From: Gammaproteobacteria bacterium
Lineage (GTDB): Bacteria; Pseudomonadota; Gammaproteobacteria; Ga0077536
NCBI GenBank assembly: GCA_963662545.2
Contig: CAXXLL010000003.1
Coordinates: 576,001-640,000, forward strand
Direction: 5' to 3'
DNA: 64,000 bases
In this document: positions 10,972-21,101 of the stretch, piece by piece
Position numbering within the stretch: the stretch's first letter is position 1
How the letters are laid out: every line of letters starts with the position of its first letter
Position numbers and translations under genes: made by a program
Notes under the pieces: model-generated
What the model saw: only the letters and a program-made list of their open reading frames with translations
The model's database searches: none
What the model was told of the DNA's origin: nothing

Positions 10972-11874
10972 TCAGGCGGTCGACGGAAAAAGGCCCGCCC
11001 GCGTGATCATGGCCGGCAATGGCGTTTCGAGAGGCCCCTCGAGCCATTTAGCCGTTTCCATCACCTTTTCGACGCTTATACCCGTTTCAAATCCCATTCG
11101 ATGTAGGAGATAGAGTACGTCTTCGGTGGCGATGTTCCCGGTCGCACCGGGCGCAAAGGGGCAGCCGCCGACTCCGCCGCAGCTCGCGTCGAAGATCCGG
11201 ACCCCGGACTCGATCGCGGCATAAACATTGCAGATGCCCGTATTACGCGTGTTGTGGAAATGCATTCGAAGTGGAATGTTGCCGATAAGAGGTCGTGCGA
11301 GTTCAATCAAACGCCGTACGTCCGTCGGCACCGCTACCCCAATCGAATCGGCGTAGGCGATTTCGTCAACGCCCATGTCAACCAGGCGTCGCGTAATTTC
11401 GAGCACCCGCTCGGGTGCCACCTCACCTTCGAACGGACAGCCGAAACTGGCCGCAATCGTGACACCGAAAAATTTACGGGCATCCTGCGCGCGCTGCGCG
11501 ATGCCGGCAATAACATCGAGCATTTTGGCCGATGTCTTACCCTGATTCCGCTGAGAGAACGTATCGGTCGTAACCACTACGCAATTAATCTGATCGATGC
11601 CGGATGCAAGCGCTCGTTCGAAACCCCGCTCGTTCAATACGAGACCGATGTAATCGACGCCTTCATGCCGGGGCAGGCGCGCGACAACTTCATCGGCGTC
11701 GGCCATCTGCGGTACGCGTTTGGGATTGACGAAACTCGTGATTTCAAGCCGTTTGATGCCGGCGTCGATCAGGTGCTCTATGAGAGCGACCTTGGTATCC
11801 GTATCGAGGAGTTTGGGCTGGCTTTGCAGACCGTCGCGCGGCCCGACATCGACGATTTCAACTTGCTTGTCCAT
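10972..11874 (-). CDS. Hydroxymethylglutaryl-CoA lyase family protein
   Basis: DVGPRDGLQ, HFHNTRNTG and GGCPFAPGATGN motifs; ATG at 11874. Confidence 0.92.
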   Translation of the reverse strand: MDKQVEIVDVGPRDGLQSQPKLLDTDTKVALIEHLIDAGIKRLEITSFVNPKRVPQMADADEVVARLPRHEGVDYIGLVLNERGFERALASGIDQINCVVVTTDTFSQRNQGKTSAKMLDVIAGIAQRAQDARKFFGVTIAASFGCPFEGEVAPERVLEITRRLVDMGVDEIAYADSIGVAVPTDVRRLIELARPLIGNIPLRMHFHNTRNTGICNVYAAIESGVRIFDASCGGVGGCPFAPGATGNIATEDVLYLLHRMGFETGISVEKVMETAKWLEGPLETPLPAMITRAGLFPSTA

Positions 11875-12064
11875 AGGGCAATCGATTGATCCGGGTAATT
11901 CCTGGGACCGTAGATTGTAGCGAATCGCGCGGATGCTGGCGCGGTCCGCTGCGATTTTGGGACGCTGTGCGCATGCGCCGCGAACCCTTCCGAAGCGGCT
12001 TAATCCGGGGCCCGAGCACATATACTACGACACTACCCGATAATAAATTCTCCATTTACGAATC

Positions 12065-13417
12065 ATGAATAATTACGACTTCGACCTCTTCGTCTTGGGC
12101 GGCGGATCGGGCGGTGTGCGCGCCGGCCGTATGGCGGCGGGTTTTGGCGCTCGCGTTGCGGTGGCCGAGGAACGCTACTGGGGAGGTACCTGTGTCAACG
12201 TCGGTTGCATTCCCAAAAAACTGTTCGCCTACGCGGCGCATTTCGCCGAGGATTTCGACGATGCGGCGGGCTTTGGCTGGACGGTCGGCGATCGCTCGTT
12301 CATGTGGCAAACCTTGATCACGAACAAGAACCAGGAGATAGAGCGTCTGAATGGCATTTACGACAAGCTTCTGGTGAATGCCGGAGCGACCGTCATGCGC
12401 GGACATGCCAAACTGCTGGATCCCCACACGGTAGCGGTCGGACAGGAAACCTGGTCGGCCGAGCGTATCCTGATCGCGACCGGCGGATGGCCTTTCGTAC
12501 CGGAATTCCCGGGCAGCGAGTACGCAATAAGCTCCAACGAAGCTTTTTTTCTGGAGTCCCTGCCAGGCCGCGTGGTGATCGTCGGTGGCGGTTATATCGC
12601 GGTTGAATTCGCCGGGATTTTCAACGGACTCGGATGTGAAACGGTGCAGCTCTACCGAGGACCCCTGTTCCTGCGCGGCTTCGACGAGGACGTGCGGTCA
12701 TTCCTCGCTGGGGAAATGGCGAAAAAGGGCATTGATATCCGCTTTCGCGCGAATGTCGATGAAATCGAGAAGACCGGCGAAAGCTACCGCGTAACACTCG
12801 ACGACGGCACTACGATTGACTGTGATCGGGTCATGTACGCGACGGGACGGAAACCGGTCATCGAGAATATCGGTCTCGAAGACCTGGGCGTCGAAATTGA
12901 TCAGCGCGGCGCCATCGTCGTTGACCACAACTATAGAACGAATGTCGACTCCATCTACGCGATCGGCGATGTCACCGATCGCGTCAACCTGACGCCGGTT
13001 GCGCTAGCCGAAGGCATGGCCCTCGCCCGGCACCTGTACCGGGACGAGGGACGTCCGGTCGATTACGAATACATTCCAAGCGCGGTGTTCAGTCAACCAA
13101 ATCTCGGTTGCGTCGGTTACACGGAAACGGAGGCGCGCGAAAAGTTCGGCGATGTCACCATCTACCGGTCACCGTTCACACCGCTCAAACACACGCTCTC
13201 CGGGCGCGAGGAAAAAACTCTCATGAAGCTTATTGTCGAGAACGCGACGGATCGCGTCGTCGGGGCGCACATGGTAGGTCCGGACGCGGGTGAAACGATC
13301 CAGGGCATCGCCATCGCGCTGAAAGCGGGGGCGACCAAGGCCATTTTCGATCGCACTATCGGCATCCACCCGACTTCCGCCGAGGAGTGGGTGACGATGC
13401 GCGAACCCGCCGCTTAG
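12065..13417 (+). CDS. gor: Glutathione-disulfide reductase
   Basis: [30 protein letters not shown] and IHPTSAEE motifs. Confidence 0.95.
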   Translation: MNNYDFDLFVLGGGSGGVRAGRMAAGFGARVAVAEERYWGGTCVNVGCIPKKLFAYAAHFAEDFDDAAGFGWTVGDRSFMWQTLITNKNQEIERLNGIYDKLLVNAGATVMRGHAKLLDPHTVAVGQETWSAERILIATGGWPFVPEFPGSEYAISSNEAFFLESLPGRVVIVGGGYIAVEFAGIFNGLGCETVQLYRGPLFLRGFDEDVRSFLAGEMAKKGIDIRFRANVDEIEKTGESYRVTLDDGTTIDCDRVMYATGRKPVIENIGLEDLGVEIDQRGAIVVDHNYRTNVDSIYAIGDVTDRVNLTPVALAEGMALARHLYRDEGRPVDYEYIPSAVFSQPNLGCVGYTETEAREKFGDVTIYRSPFTPLKHTLSGREEKTLMKLIVENATDRVVGAHMVGPDAGETIQGIAIALKAGATKAIFDRTIGIHPTSAEEWVTMREPAA

Positions 13418-13628
13418 CCCGCATTTCTCACCGGGCGAAGGCGACAACCCTGAATCTTCGCGGTGATGAGATCGCTGCAACGGAAATGCTCGGCGAAATC
13501 GTGTTGGACCAATCAGCGCCGCAGACAGTCGGCGCGTTGAAAAAAGGTGACAATGCGCCCGATGTACTACTAGGCTGGAGAGTGGATCTGCCGCGGGGCG
13601 CTGACACACCCGGCCATTGAGAAAACAT

Positions 13629-14693
13629 ATGGACTACGGAATCGCTGGAATCCTCGGCGCTGACAGTTGGAAAACTGTACAGCGGGCGGAACGCCTGGGT
13701 TTCTCCTGTGCCTGGTTCTACGACAGTCCGCTGTATGCAGCGGATATCTTCGTGGCCATGGGTGCCGCGGCGATCAAGACGGATCATATCCGCCTGGGTC
13801 TGGGTGTCGCCGTACCATCAGTGCGCATTGCGCCCACGCTCGCCAACGGCCTGGTCTCGCTCTGCAAGCTAGCTCCGGGTCGGATTGAATGCGGCCTCGG
13901 AACCGGCCATACGGCGCGCAGCCTGTTCGGCCTCCCCGCGATCAAACTGGCGGAAATGCGAGAGTACTTGCGCGTGGTGCGGGGACTCCTTTCTGGCGAC
14001 ATCGTTGAATACGAATTCGAGGGGGCGCCGCGCAAGATCAAGTTCATGCATCCGTGGCCCGGTCTAGTCGACACCGTGGATCCCATCAGATGGCATCTAT
14101 CGGCGATGGGCCCGCGCTCCAGGCAGACCTGTGCGAACCTGGGTCTGGCCTGGATGAATTTCATGAACGGGATGCCACAGGCCCTGGCCGATCTCGAGGA
14201 CATGCTGGCAAAATGGAAGGCCGCGGGACATGAACCCGATAGCTGCTATACGACGGCCTTCACGCTCGGCTGCGTGCTGGCGGATGACGAGCCGCCCGAC
14301 AGCCCGCGCGCGAAAATCCAGGCCGGCCCACTCGTCGCGACGGTCCTCCAGCACCTGATCAAGGTGGATGAACACGTCGAGCTCGGCATGATCGGCTCGA
14401 CCGATCTGGATCGGGCAGTGGCCGAATACCAGAAGTTCTACGATGCTTACGAACCCGCCGACGCCCGTTACATGCAACTCTACCGCGGGGAGCTCCAATG
14501 GCTGCTCCCCGAGGAGGAACATCTGATCACGGGCGATTTGATCCGCGAAATCACCCTGACGGGATCGGTCGACGAATTGCGTGAGCGTATACGCCGGTTA
14601 CGGGACGCGGGTTATTCCCAGTTGACGATTCAACTCGTAAACGGACACGAAGACGCGCTCGATGACTGGGCGCGTGTCATCGAAGGCGTATGA
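13629..14693 (+). CDS. LLM-class flavin-dependent oxidoreductase
   Basis: AERLGF.AWFYDS, IRLGLGV, APGRIECGLGTG luciferase-like pattern. Confidence 0.85.
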   Translation: MDYGIAGILGADSWKTVQRAERLGFSCAWFYDSPLYAADIFVAMGAAAIKTDHIRLGLGVAVPSVRIAPTLANGLVSLCKLAPGRIECGLGTGHTARSLFGLPAIKLAEMREYLRVVRGLLSGDIVEYEFEGAPRKIKFMHPWPGLVDTVDPIRWHLSAMGPRSRQTCANLGLAWMNFMNGMPQALADLEDMLAKWKAAGHEPDSCYTTAFTLGCVLADDEPPDSPRAKIQAGPLVATVLQHLIKVDEHVELGMIGSTDLDRAVAEYQKFYDAYEPADARYMQLYRGELQWLLPEEEHLITGDLIREITLTGSVDELRERIRRLRDAGYSQLTIQLVNGHEDALDDWARVIEGV

Positions 14694-14796
14694 CCGTGCC
14701 GTCGGGCGCAGTTCGAGGGTTTTAAATTCCGCATGCAAGCGTGATAATCTTCCATATCGAAAGTGAACGCCGGCCCCCCATTTTCTGACATCGCGT

Positions 14797-15351
14797 ATGA
14801 AACGATTCACGCCTCGCTACTGGTTGCCGCGCGCCCTGTGGCTTTCGATCGCCTGCACACTCGCACTCCTTGCTGTAAACGCCGCCGCCCGAGACCTCGA
14901 GATCGGTGACCTCGCCCCTGCGTTCGCGCTACAGGGATCGGACGGTAAAGTCCATGAACTGTCGGATTACCGCGGACAGGACGTAGTTCTCGCCTGGTTT
15001 CCGAAGGCTTTCACCGGTGGCTGAACGGCCGAGTGCAAATCGCTCCGTGAGAGCAGTTCCTTACTGAAAACCTACGATATCGCGTACTTCATGGCGAGCA
15101 TCGACGACGCGGAAACCAACCGTAAGTTCGCCGAGGCCAACGGCGCCGATTTCCCGATTCTGAGCGACCCCGAGAAAAGCACGGCGGCAGCTTACGGTGT
15201 ATTGTCATCAAAAGGATACGCATCGCGCTGGACTTACTACATCGATCGCGACGGTAAAATCGCCTTCGTGGACAAGCGCGTAAAACCGCTTACCGCGGGC
15301 GCGGATATTGCAACGCGGCTCGATAAGCTGGATGTTCCCCACAGCCATTAA
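14797..15351 (+). CDS. Exported peroxiredoxin (BCP/PrxQ-like), probable selenoprotein with UGA at 15022-15024
   Basis: ORFs 14797-15024 and 15091-15351 are in one frame: FPKAFTGG-UGA-TAECKSLRE; UGA occupies the peroxidatic Cys of PxxxTxxC. Confidence 0.85.
15038..15058 (+). promoter_or_regulatory. Candidate bacterial SECIS hairpin
   Basis: AATC-GCTC-CGTGA-GAGC-AGTT stem-loop with a G/GU apical loop about 21 nt after the UGA. Confidence 0.55.
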
Positions 15352-15429
15352 CAGGCTCATTGTGTGGCGATCGAGGAACGCGGCGATAATATTCGACCGG
15401 AGCAACCGGCCTGCTAACGAATTCGGAGG

Positions 15430-15861
15430 ATGAGCAAGATGTCGAAACCCGCGGAATCCATAACCCTAGTCAAAAATGGTATCCACAATCCCACCGACGC
15501 GCGGCATTTCATGCGCGTCGCGCGCCCGGCGTACACGATCACCGCCACTATCAAGGGCACCGAAATCGCGCGCTCCTCGCAGGCACTCAAGGTCAAGGAG
15601 GTCGGATTCGACATCTACGACCCGGTCATCTATTTCCCGCGTGAAGACGTTCAGATGGTACGGCTGAAAAAAAATGAAAAGACCACGCACTGTCCGCTGA
15701 AGGGCGACACCGAGTACTTCGACGCCGTCACCGACTCAGGTACCGTCGAAAATGCCGCGTGGTCTTATGACCGTACTATAGAGATCGCTGGCGAAATTCA
15801 GGACTACATCGGCTTTGATGCACGCTTCGCCCAGATAATCGAGCACACGGTAGATGCCTGA
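15430..15861 (+). CDS. DUF427 domain protein
   Basis: YFPREDV, THCPLKG..EYF and NAAWSY motifs. Confidence 0.85.
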   Translation: MSKMSKPAESITLVKNGIHNPTDARHFMRVARPAYTITATIKGTEIARSSQALKVKEVGFDIYDPVIYFPREDVQMVRLKKNEKTTHCPLKGDTEYFDAVTDSGTVENAAWSYDRTIEIAGEIQDYIGFDARFAQIIEHTVDA

Positions 15862-15929
15862 GAAAGAGATCAAAACGACAGGACGCTTCGTTATTAAACG
15901 CCATTACCGCACGAGGTAACGCTCGTCCG

Positions 15930-17315
15930 TCAATTGGTTCCGGTACTCTGCACCGCGATCATGCGCCGGGTTACGATCACGAACCGCCCGACGAGCAACA
16001 CGGCTGCGGTCCAAAGGGCGACGGTCAGTCCGATCCATATGCCGCGCGCACCAAAATCAAGGAAAATACCGAGCCCGTAGGCAAGTGTGAACCCCACGGC
16101 CCAGTAGTTGATTGCATTCAAGATCATCGGCACCCGCGTGTCCTTGAGGCCGCGCAGCGCGAAAGCGGCGGCGACCTGGATGGCATCACCGACCTGGAGC
16201 AAGGCCGCGATCTTGAACAGCATGATGGCCATTTCCGCGACGCCGGGATCGGTGACGTAAGCACGGGTTATCGATTCCGCGTAGAAGAACGTGGTCACGC
16301 CGAAGAACAAGGAAATCGAAGTGCAAAGCAAGATGCCGGTATAGCCGATGCGGACCGCCCCGGAGAGGTCGTGCCGACCGACCGCCTGACCCACGCAGAC
16401 GGTAATCGCCATGCCGAGCCCGAGCGGAATCATGAACACCAGGCCGGAGTAGTTGAGCGCAACCTGGTGCGCGGCGAGGGTGGCGGTCCCGAGCGACCCT
16501 ATCAACAGCGCGACGACCGAGAACAAACCGGACTGCATGAATAAGGACAGACCGATCGGCAGTCCGAGCACGACGAGCCGGCGCAGTGCCGCTGGATCCG
16601 GGCGTTCGAGATCGCGCCAAACATCGAATGGACGGTAGTGCGGCGAGCGGCGCGTATACAGCGCAAGCAGGATGAACATGAGCCAGAAACTGATGCCGTT
16701 CCCGAGACCACAGCCCACGGCGCCAAGGGGCTCCACACCGAATCGTCCATACATGAAGGTGTAGTTCAAGCCGATGTTGATCGGCAGGACCGCGATCATG
16801 ACGGCCATGATCGGCACGGTCCGTCCAACCCCTTCGCTCATCTGTTTGACCGTGTGGTAGCTAAAGGCGCCGATAACACCCCAGGACATGGCGTCGAGAT
16901 AGCCCTGGGACAACACGGACACGGCGGGATCGATACCCATCCACAACAGGCCCGGCTCGACCGAGCGCATCGCTGTAATGACAATGGACGAGACGACCAG
17001 CGTGAGCCAGAAACCCTGGCGCGTGTCGTGTCCGATCTCGGCATACTTACCGGCGCCGAAATGCTGCGCGACGGTCGGCCCGAGCGCCATGATGATCCCC
17101 AGCCCCAGCAGAAAGAAAGCGATCCAGACCCCCGAGCCGATGGCGACAGCGGCGAGTTGGGTTGAGCCGAGGCGCGCCGCCATCAAAGTATCGGCCACGT
17201 TGACGCCGATGCTCGAAACATTATTCACGATGAGCGGACCGCCCACGGTGAAGATCGCCCCCAGATCCGATTTCAGGTGGGCTAGTCGGGGCATGGTGGT
17301 AATGTTTCCCTGCAA
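15930..17315 (-). CDS. MATE-family efflux transporter (NorM-like)
   Basis: About 12 TM segments; DTLMAARLG, LAAHQVALN and ALRGLKDT motifs; alternative ATG at 17294. Confidence 0.9.
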   Translation of the reverse strand: MQGNITTMPRLAHLKSDLGAIFTVGGPLIVNNVSSIGVNVADTLMAARLGSTQLAAVAIGSGVWIAFFLLGLGIIMALGPTVAQHFGAGKYAEIGHDTRQGFWLTLVVSSIVITAMRSVEPGLLWMGIDPAVSVLSQGYLDAMSWGVIGAFSYHTVKQMSEGVGRTVPIMAVMIAVLPINIGLNYTFMYGRFGVEPLGAVGCGLGNGISFWLMFILLALYTRRSPHYRPFDVWRDLERPDPAALRRLVVLGLPIGLSLFMQSGLFSVVALLIGSLGTATLAAHQVALNYSGLVFMIPLGLGMAITVCVGQAVGRHDLSGAVRIGYTGILLCTSISLFFGVTTFFYAESITRAYVTDPGVAEMAIMLFKIAALLQVGDAIQVAAAFALRGLKDTRVPMILNAINYWAVGFTLAYGLGIFLDFGARGIWIGLTVALWTAAVLLVGRFVIVTRRMIAVQSTGTN

Positions 17316-17398
17316 TCAGGCTGTAGGCGCGGGCGCAGCGTGGTATATCGCCGGGGCAGCTTCAGTGCGGCGCGGCATGCCGGCAACTGTATCGCGGC

Positions 17399-19039
17399 TC
17401 AAGCTGGGTCGGTGCTTTTTATTGTCGGAACGGCCGCCAGCAATTTGCGCGTGTAATCGTGCTGCGGCCGGTGCAGAACCTGTTCGACGTCTCCGTATTC
17501 GACGATACGCCCCTGGTACATCACCGCGACCTTGTGAGCAAGGTAGGCGACGACGCCGATATTGTGGGTGACAAACAGATAAGTGAGTTCGAGGCGATCC
17601 TGCAATGCGCGTAGCAACTCGAGTATCTGGGCTTGCACTGAAACATCGAGTGCACTGGTCGGCTCGTCGCACACGATCAGTCGCGGTTCGACTGCAAGCG
17701 CGCGCGCAATACAGATCCGCTGTCGCTGACCGCCTGAGAATTCATGGGGATAGCGCCGCGCGTATCCGGTTTCGAGCCCGACCTGTTCCAGCAATTCCGC
17801 CACGCGCCGATCGCGTTCTTCATGATTGGCGCCGATGCCCTGTGCGATCATGCCTTCCTTGATGATGTCCCCCACCATCATCCGCGGATTCATCGACGAA
17901 TACGGATCCTGAAATACGATCTGAAGGTCCGATCGGAGGCGCCGCAGGGTCGCAGCGTCGATCTTGCCGAGATCCGTACCTTCGTACTCGACCGTCCCTT
18001 CGTATGAGTTCGTCAATTGCAGGATGCCCTTGCCCATCGTGGTCTTGCCGGATCCCGACTCACCGACGACGGCGAGCGTACGGCCCTTTTCGATTTCGAG
18101 ATCGATGCCGTCAACCGCCTTTACGTAGCCCACCGTGCGCCTGAAAATGCCCTTTTTGATCGGGTAGTAGACCTTCAGACCCTGCACCGAGAGAATCGTC
18201 TCGCGGGTATCGGACGTGGGCGAATAACCCTCGCGAACGCGCTTTTCCCAGCTCGGCAAGGCATCGAACAGCTGCTTCGAATAGGCATGCTGCGGATTGC
18301 TGTAGAACGCATCGCGCTCACCTCGTTCGACGATGACGCCGTTCCTCATCACCAGGACATTGTCGGCGACCTGATGCGCCACTGCCAGATCGTGGGTAAT
18401 GAATAAAATCCCCATGTCACGACGGCGCTGTTGCGATTTAATGAGGTCAAGGACCTGCGCCTGAATGGTCACGTCAAGCGCGGTGGTCGGCTCGTCGGCG
18501 ATCAGGAGTTTGGGATCGGCGGCCAGCGCGATCGCAACCATAACGCGCTGTTTCATACCCCCCGAGAACTGATGCGGATATTCCTTGAGACGGCGCTCGG
18601 GTTCATCGATACCAACGGCATCGAGCAATTCAATGACGCGCGATTTAAGCGCCGCTCCGCGCAGGCCCTTGTGTCGAGTTAGGGTTTCGCCAATCTGGGC
18701 GCCAATGGTCATCACGGGATTGAGCGAGGATTGCGGCTCCTGAAAGATCATGCCGATAGCGGCGCCGCGAATGTCGCGCATACGATATTCCGGCAGGCGG
18801 AAGAGATCTTCTCCCGCGAGGACAACCTTCCCGCTTTCGATTCGCGCAACAGGCGGCAGCAGGCGCGAGATGGCCATCGCCGTGATCGACTTGCCGCTGC
18901 CGGATTCGCCGACCATTACCAGCGTCTCTCCCGCAGCGATACTGAAACTCACGCCGTCAACGGCCTTGACGAGATTGTCCCCGCCGCCGAAATGGACGGC
19001 CAGATTTGAGACTTCAAGCAGAGGGTCAGGCTTCGCCAA
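17399..19039 (-). CDS. Peptide/nickel ABC transporter, fused double ATPase
   Basis: Two GESGSGKS/T motifs, YPHQFSGGMKQR and YPHEFSGGQRQR; TTG start at 19039 inferred. Confidence 0.92.
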   Translation of the reverse strand: MAKPDPLLEVSNLAVHFGGGDNLVKAVDGVSFSIAAGETLVMVGESGSGKSITAMAISRLLPPVARIESGKVVLAGEDLFRLPEYRMRDIRGAAIGMIFQEPQSSLNPVMTIGAQIGETLTRHKGLRGAALKSRVIELLDAVGIDEPERRLKEYPHQFSGGMKQRVMVAIALAADPKLLIADEPTTALDVTIQAQVLDLIKSQQRRRDMGILFITHDLAVAHQVADNVLVMRNGVIVERGERDAFYSNPQHAYSKQLFDALPSWEKRVREGYSPTSDTRETILSVQGLKVYYPIKKGIFRRTVGYVKAVDGIDLEIEKGRTLAVVGESGSGKTTMGKGILQLTNSYEGTVEYEGTDLGKIDAATLRRLRSDLQIVFQDPYSSMNPRMMVGDIIKEGMIAQGIGANHEERDRRVAELLEQVGLETGYARRYPHEFSGGQRQRICIARALAVEPRLIVCDEPTSALDVSVQAQILELLRALQDRLELTYLFVTHNIGVVAYLAHKVAVMYQGRIVEYGDVEQVLHRPQHDYTRKLLAAVPTIKSTDPA

Positions 19040-21101
19040 GATCGGCCCAGCCGACGTCGGGTTTGAAGCGCTCGCCATGCGCGGTGGCGAGAGCCTCCAG
19101 CCGCTGCGTAATCTCGGTGACGCCACGGTCACTGGCATAGTTCAGAGGCCCGCCGCGAAACGGCGCAAAACCGGTACCGAAAACCATACCGACGTCGATC
19201 AGGTCGGCGTCGGCGACGATGCCTTCGCGCAGACTGGCGACGGCTTCGTTTAATAAACGCAGCATCATGCGATCGCGAATTTCGATGCGCGGAACGGGAT
19301 TCCCTTCGACCTGCGGGCGGATCACCTTGCCCTTTTTGTATTCATAGAAACCGACCTTGGTTTTTCGCCCGAGCCGCTTTTGCGCCACCTTGTCACGCAA
19401 GATCTGCGACGGCTCACCGCCAAAGGCGCGAGCGAGGATCTCGCCGACGTGCAGACAGATATCGAGCCCGACGGTATCGGCTAGCTCGATTGGACCCATC
19501 GGCATACCAAAGGTTTTCGCGACATCGTCGATCTCGACCGGAGCAACGCCTTCCTCCATCAGAAGCATCGCTTCATGCATGTACGGCGACAATACCCGGT
19601 TGATGAGAAAACCCGGCGAGCTCGAGGCCGGCAGCGGCAGGCGATCGATAGCGACGGTGAAAGCAGCCGCCTGCTGGCGCACGGCGAGATGCGTATCTTC
19701 GTCAGCGATGATCTCTACTAACTGCATTTGCGCGACGGGATTGAAAAAATGAATACCGACCAGGCGCCTGGGATCTGAAAGGGCCGAGGCAATATCCGAC
19801 AATTCGATGCTCGAGGTGTTCGTCGCGATCAAGGCATCGGGCTTTGCCTGGCGTTCCACTTCGGCGAACAGTTCGCGCTTGGCGTCGACGTCTTCGATGA
19901 TCGCCTCGATGATGACGTCGGCGCGCCGCAAACCGTCACCATTGAAATCCGGAATCAAGCGATCATGCGCCGCAAGACGCTCGAATTTATCCCTCACCCG
20001 GCGCGTAAAAAGCTTGTTGGCGCGCTTCATCGCCGGCGCGATGAACCTGGGTTCGCGATCCTGCAGGGTCACCTGCATCCCACGCAGTGCACACCACGCG
20101 GCGATGTCGCCGCCCATCACGCCGGCGCCGATCACGTGCACCCGCTGCCCATCGAATGGATGCTTCCGCCCGATGGATTTCAGCCGCTCCTGCAGCATGA
20201 ACAAGCGGACGAGATTGCGGCTGGTCGCGGAAGTAAACAGATGCGCAATTGAACGGGCCTCCGCGCGGTACATAGCGGCATCGTCCCCGCCGTGTTCCTG
20301 CCACAGCTTGATCAGCGCGAAAGGCGCAGGGTAGTGTTGCTCGGTCACGCGCTTGGTCACTTGCCGGCGCAACAATTTCACCACCAGCGGGCGCAGGACC
20401 CGGTGATTGGCCGCGCGCGCGGTAATGGTCGGTTTGCGCCGCGGCTGTCGGTTGAGGGCAAAATGCCGCGCCGCCGCGTCGAGATGCCGCGTCGGAACTG
20501 CGCGATCGATCAGCCCGGCCTTGAGCGCACGGCGCGCATCGAGCGCGCGCCCCGTCAACATCAAATCCATCGCCCGGCTCACGCCGCAATCGCGGATCGA
20601 CCGCACCGTCCCCCCAAATCCCGGGTGCAGGCCAAGCATGACTTCCGGGAAGCCGAGACGCGTCGAGGATTCGGCCGCGGCGACGATGTGGCGGCACGCG
20701 AGTGCGAGTTCCAGGCCGCCGCCGAGGCAGAAGCCATGTACTCGCGCCACCGTGGAAAATGGCAGATTTTCGATGCGTTCGAATAACTGGTGAACCTCTC
20801 CTATACGAACAGCTGTCGCATCGGCATCGGTCAGCTGGTTGAATTCGCGGACATCGGCGCCGGCGGCAAACCCGTTGGCCTTCGCCGAATAGATCACGAG
20901 CCCTCTCGGGTGTTCCTCCACAAGCGCTTCGACCACGGTGCCGAGTTCAGTCAATACCCCCGACGACAGGGTATTCGTACTCGCGTCTGCACAGTCCAAA
21001 CAGAGCCAGGCGAGGTCGTCGCCGTCACGAGCGAGGCGCCAGTGACGGACGCCGTCGATGGGGACCGGCACCATGGTCTGTTGGGGATCCAGAACGCTCA
21101 T
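19026..21101 (-). CDS. Multifunctional enoyl-CoA hydratase / 3-hydroxyacyl-CoA dehydrogenase (FadJ/FadB-like)
   Basis: GADVREF, GGGLELAL and FPEVMLG in the N-part; GAGVMG, ATNTSS and HFFNP in the C-part. Confidence 0.93.
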   Translation of the reverse strand: MSVLDPQQTMVPVPIDGVRHWRLARDGDDLAWLCLDCADASTNTLSSGVLTELGTVVEALVEEHPRGLVIYSAKANGFAAGADVREFNQLTDADATAVRIGEVHQLFERIENLPFSTVARVHGFCLGGGLELALACRHIVAAAESSTRLGFPEVMLGLHPGFGGTVRSIRDCGVSRAMDLMLTGRALDARRALKAGLIDRAVPTRHLDAAARHFALNRQPRRKPTITARAANHRVLRPLVVKLLRRQVTKRVTEQHYPAPFALIKLWQEHGGDDAAMYRAEARSIAHLFTSATSRNLVRLFMLQERLKSIGRKHPFDGQRVHVIGAGVMGGDIAAWCALRGMQVTLQDREPRFIAPAMKRANKLFTRRVRDKFERLAAHDRLIPDFNGDGLRRADVIIEAIIEDVDAKRELFAEVERQAKPDALIATNTSSIELSDIASALSDPRRLVGIHFFNPVAQMQLVEIIADEDTHLAVRQQAAAFTVAIDRLPLPASSSPGFLINRVLSPYMHEAMLLMEEGVAPVEIDDVAKTFGMPMGPIELADTVGLDICLHVGEILARAFGGEPSQILRDKVAQKRLGRKTKVGFYEYKKGKVIRPQVEGNPVPRIEIRDRMMLRLLNEAVASLREGIVADADLIDVGMVFGTGFAPFRGGPLNYASDRGVTEITQRLEALATAHGERFKPDVGWADLGEA

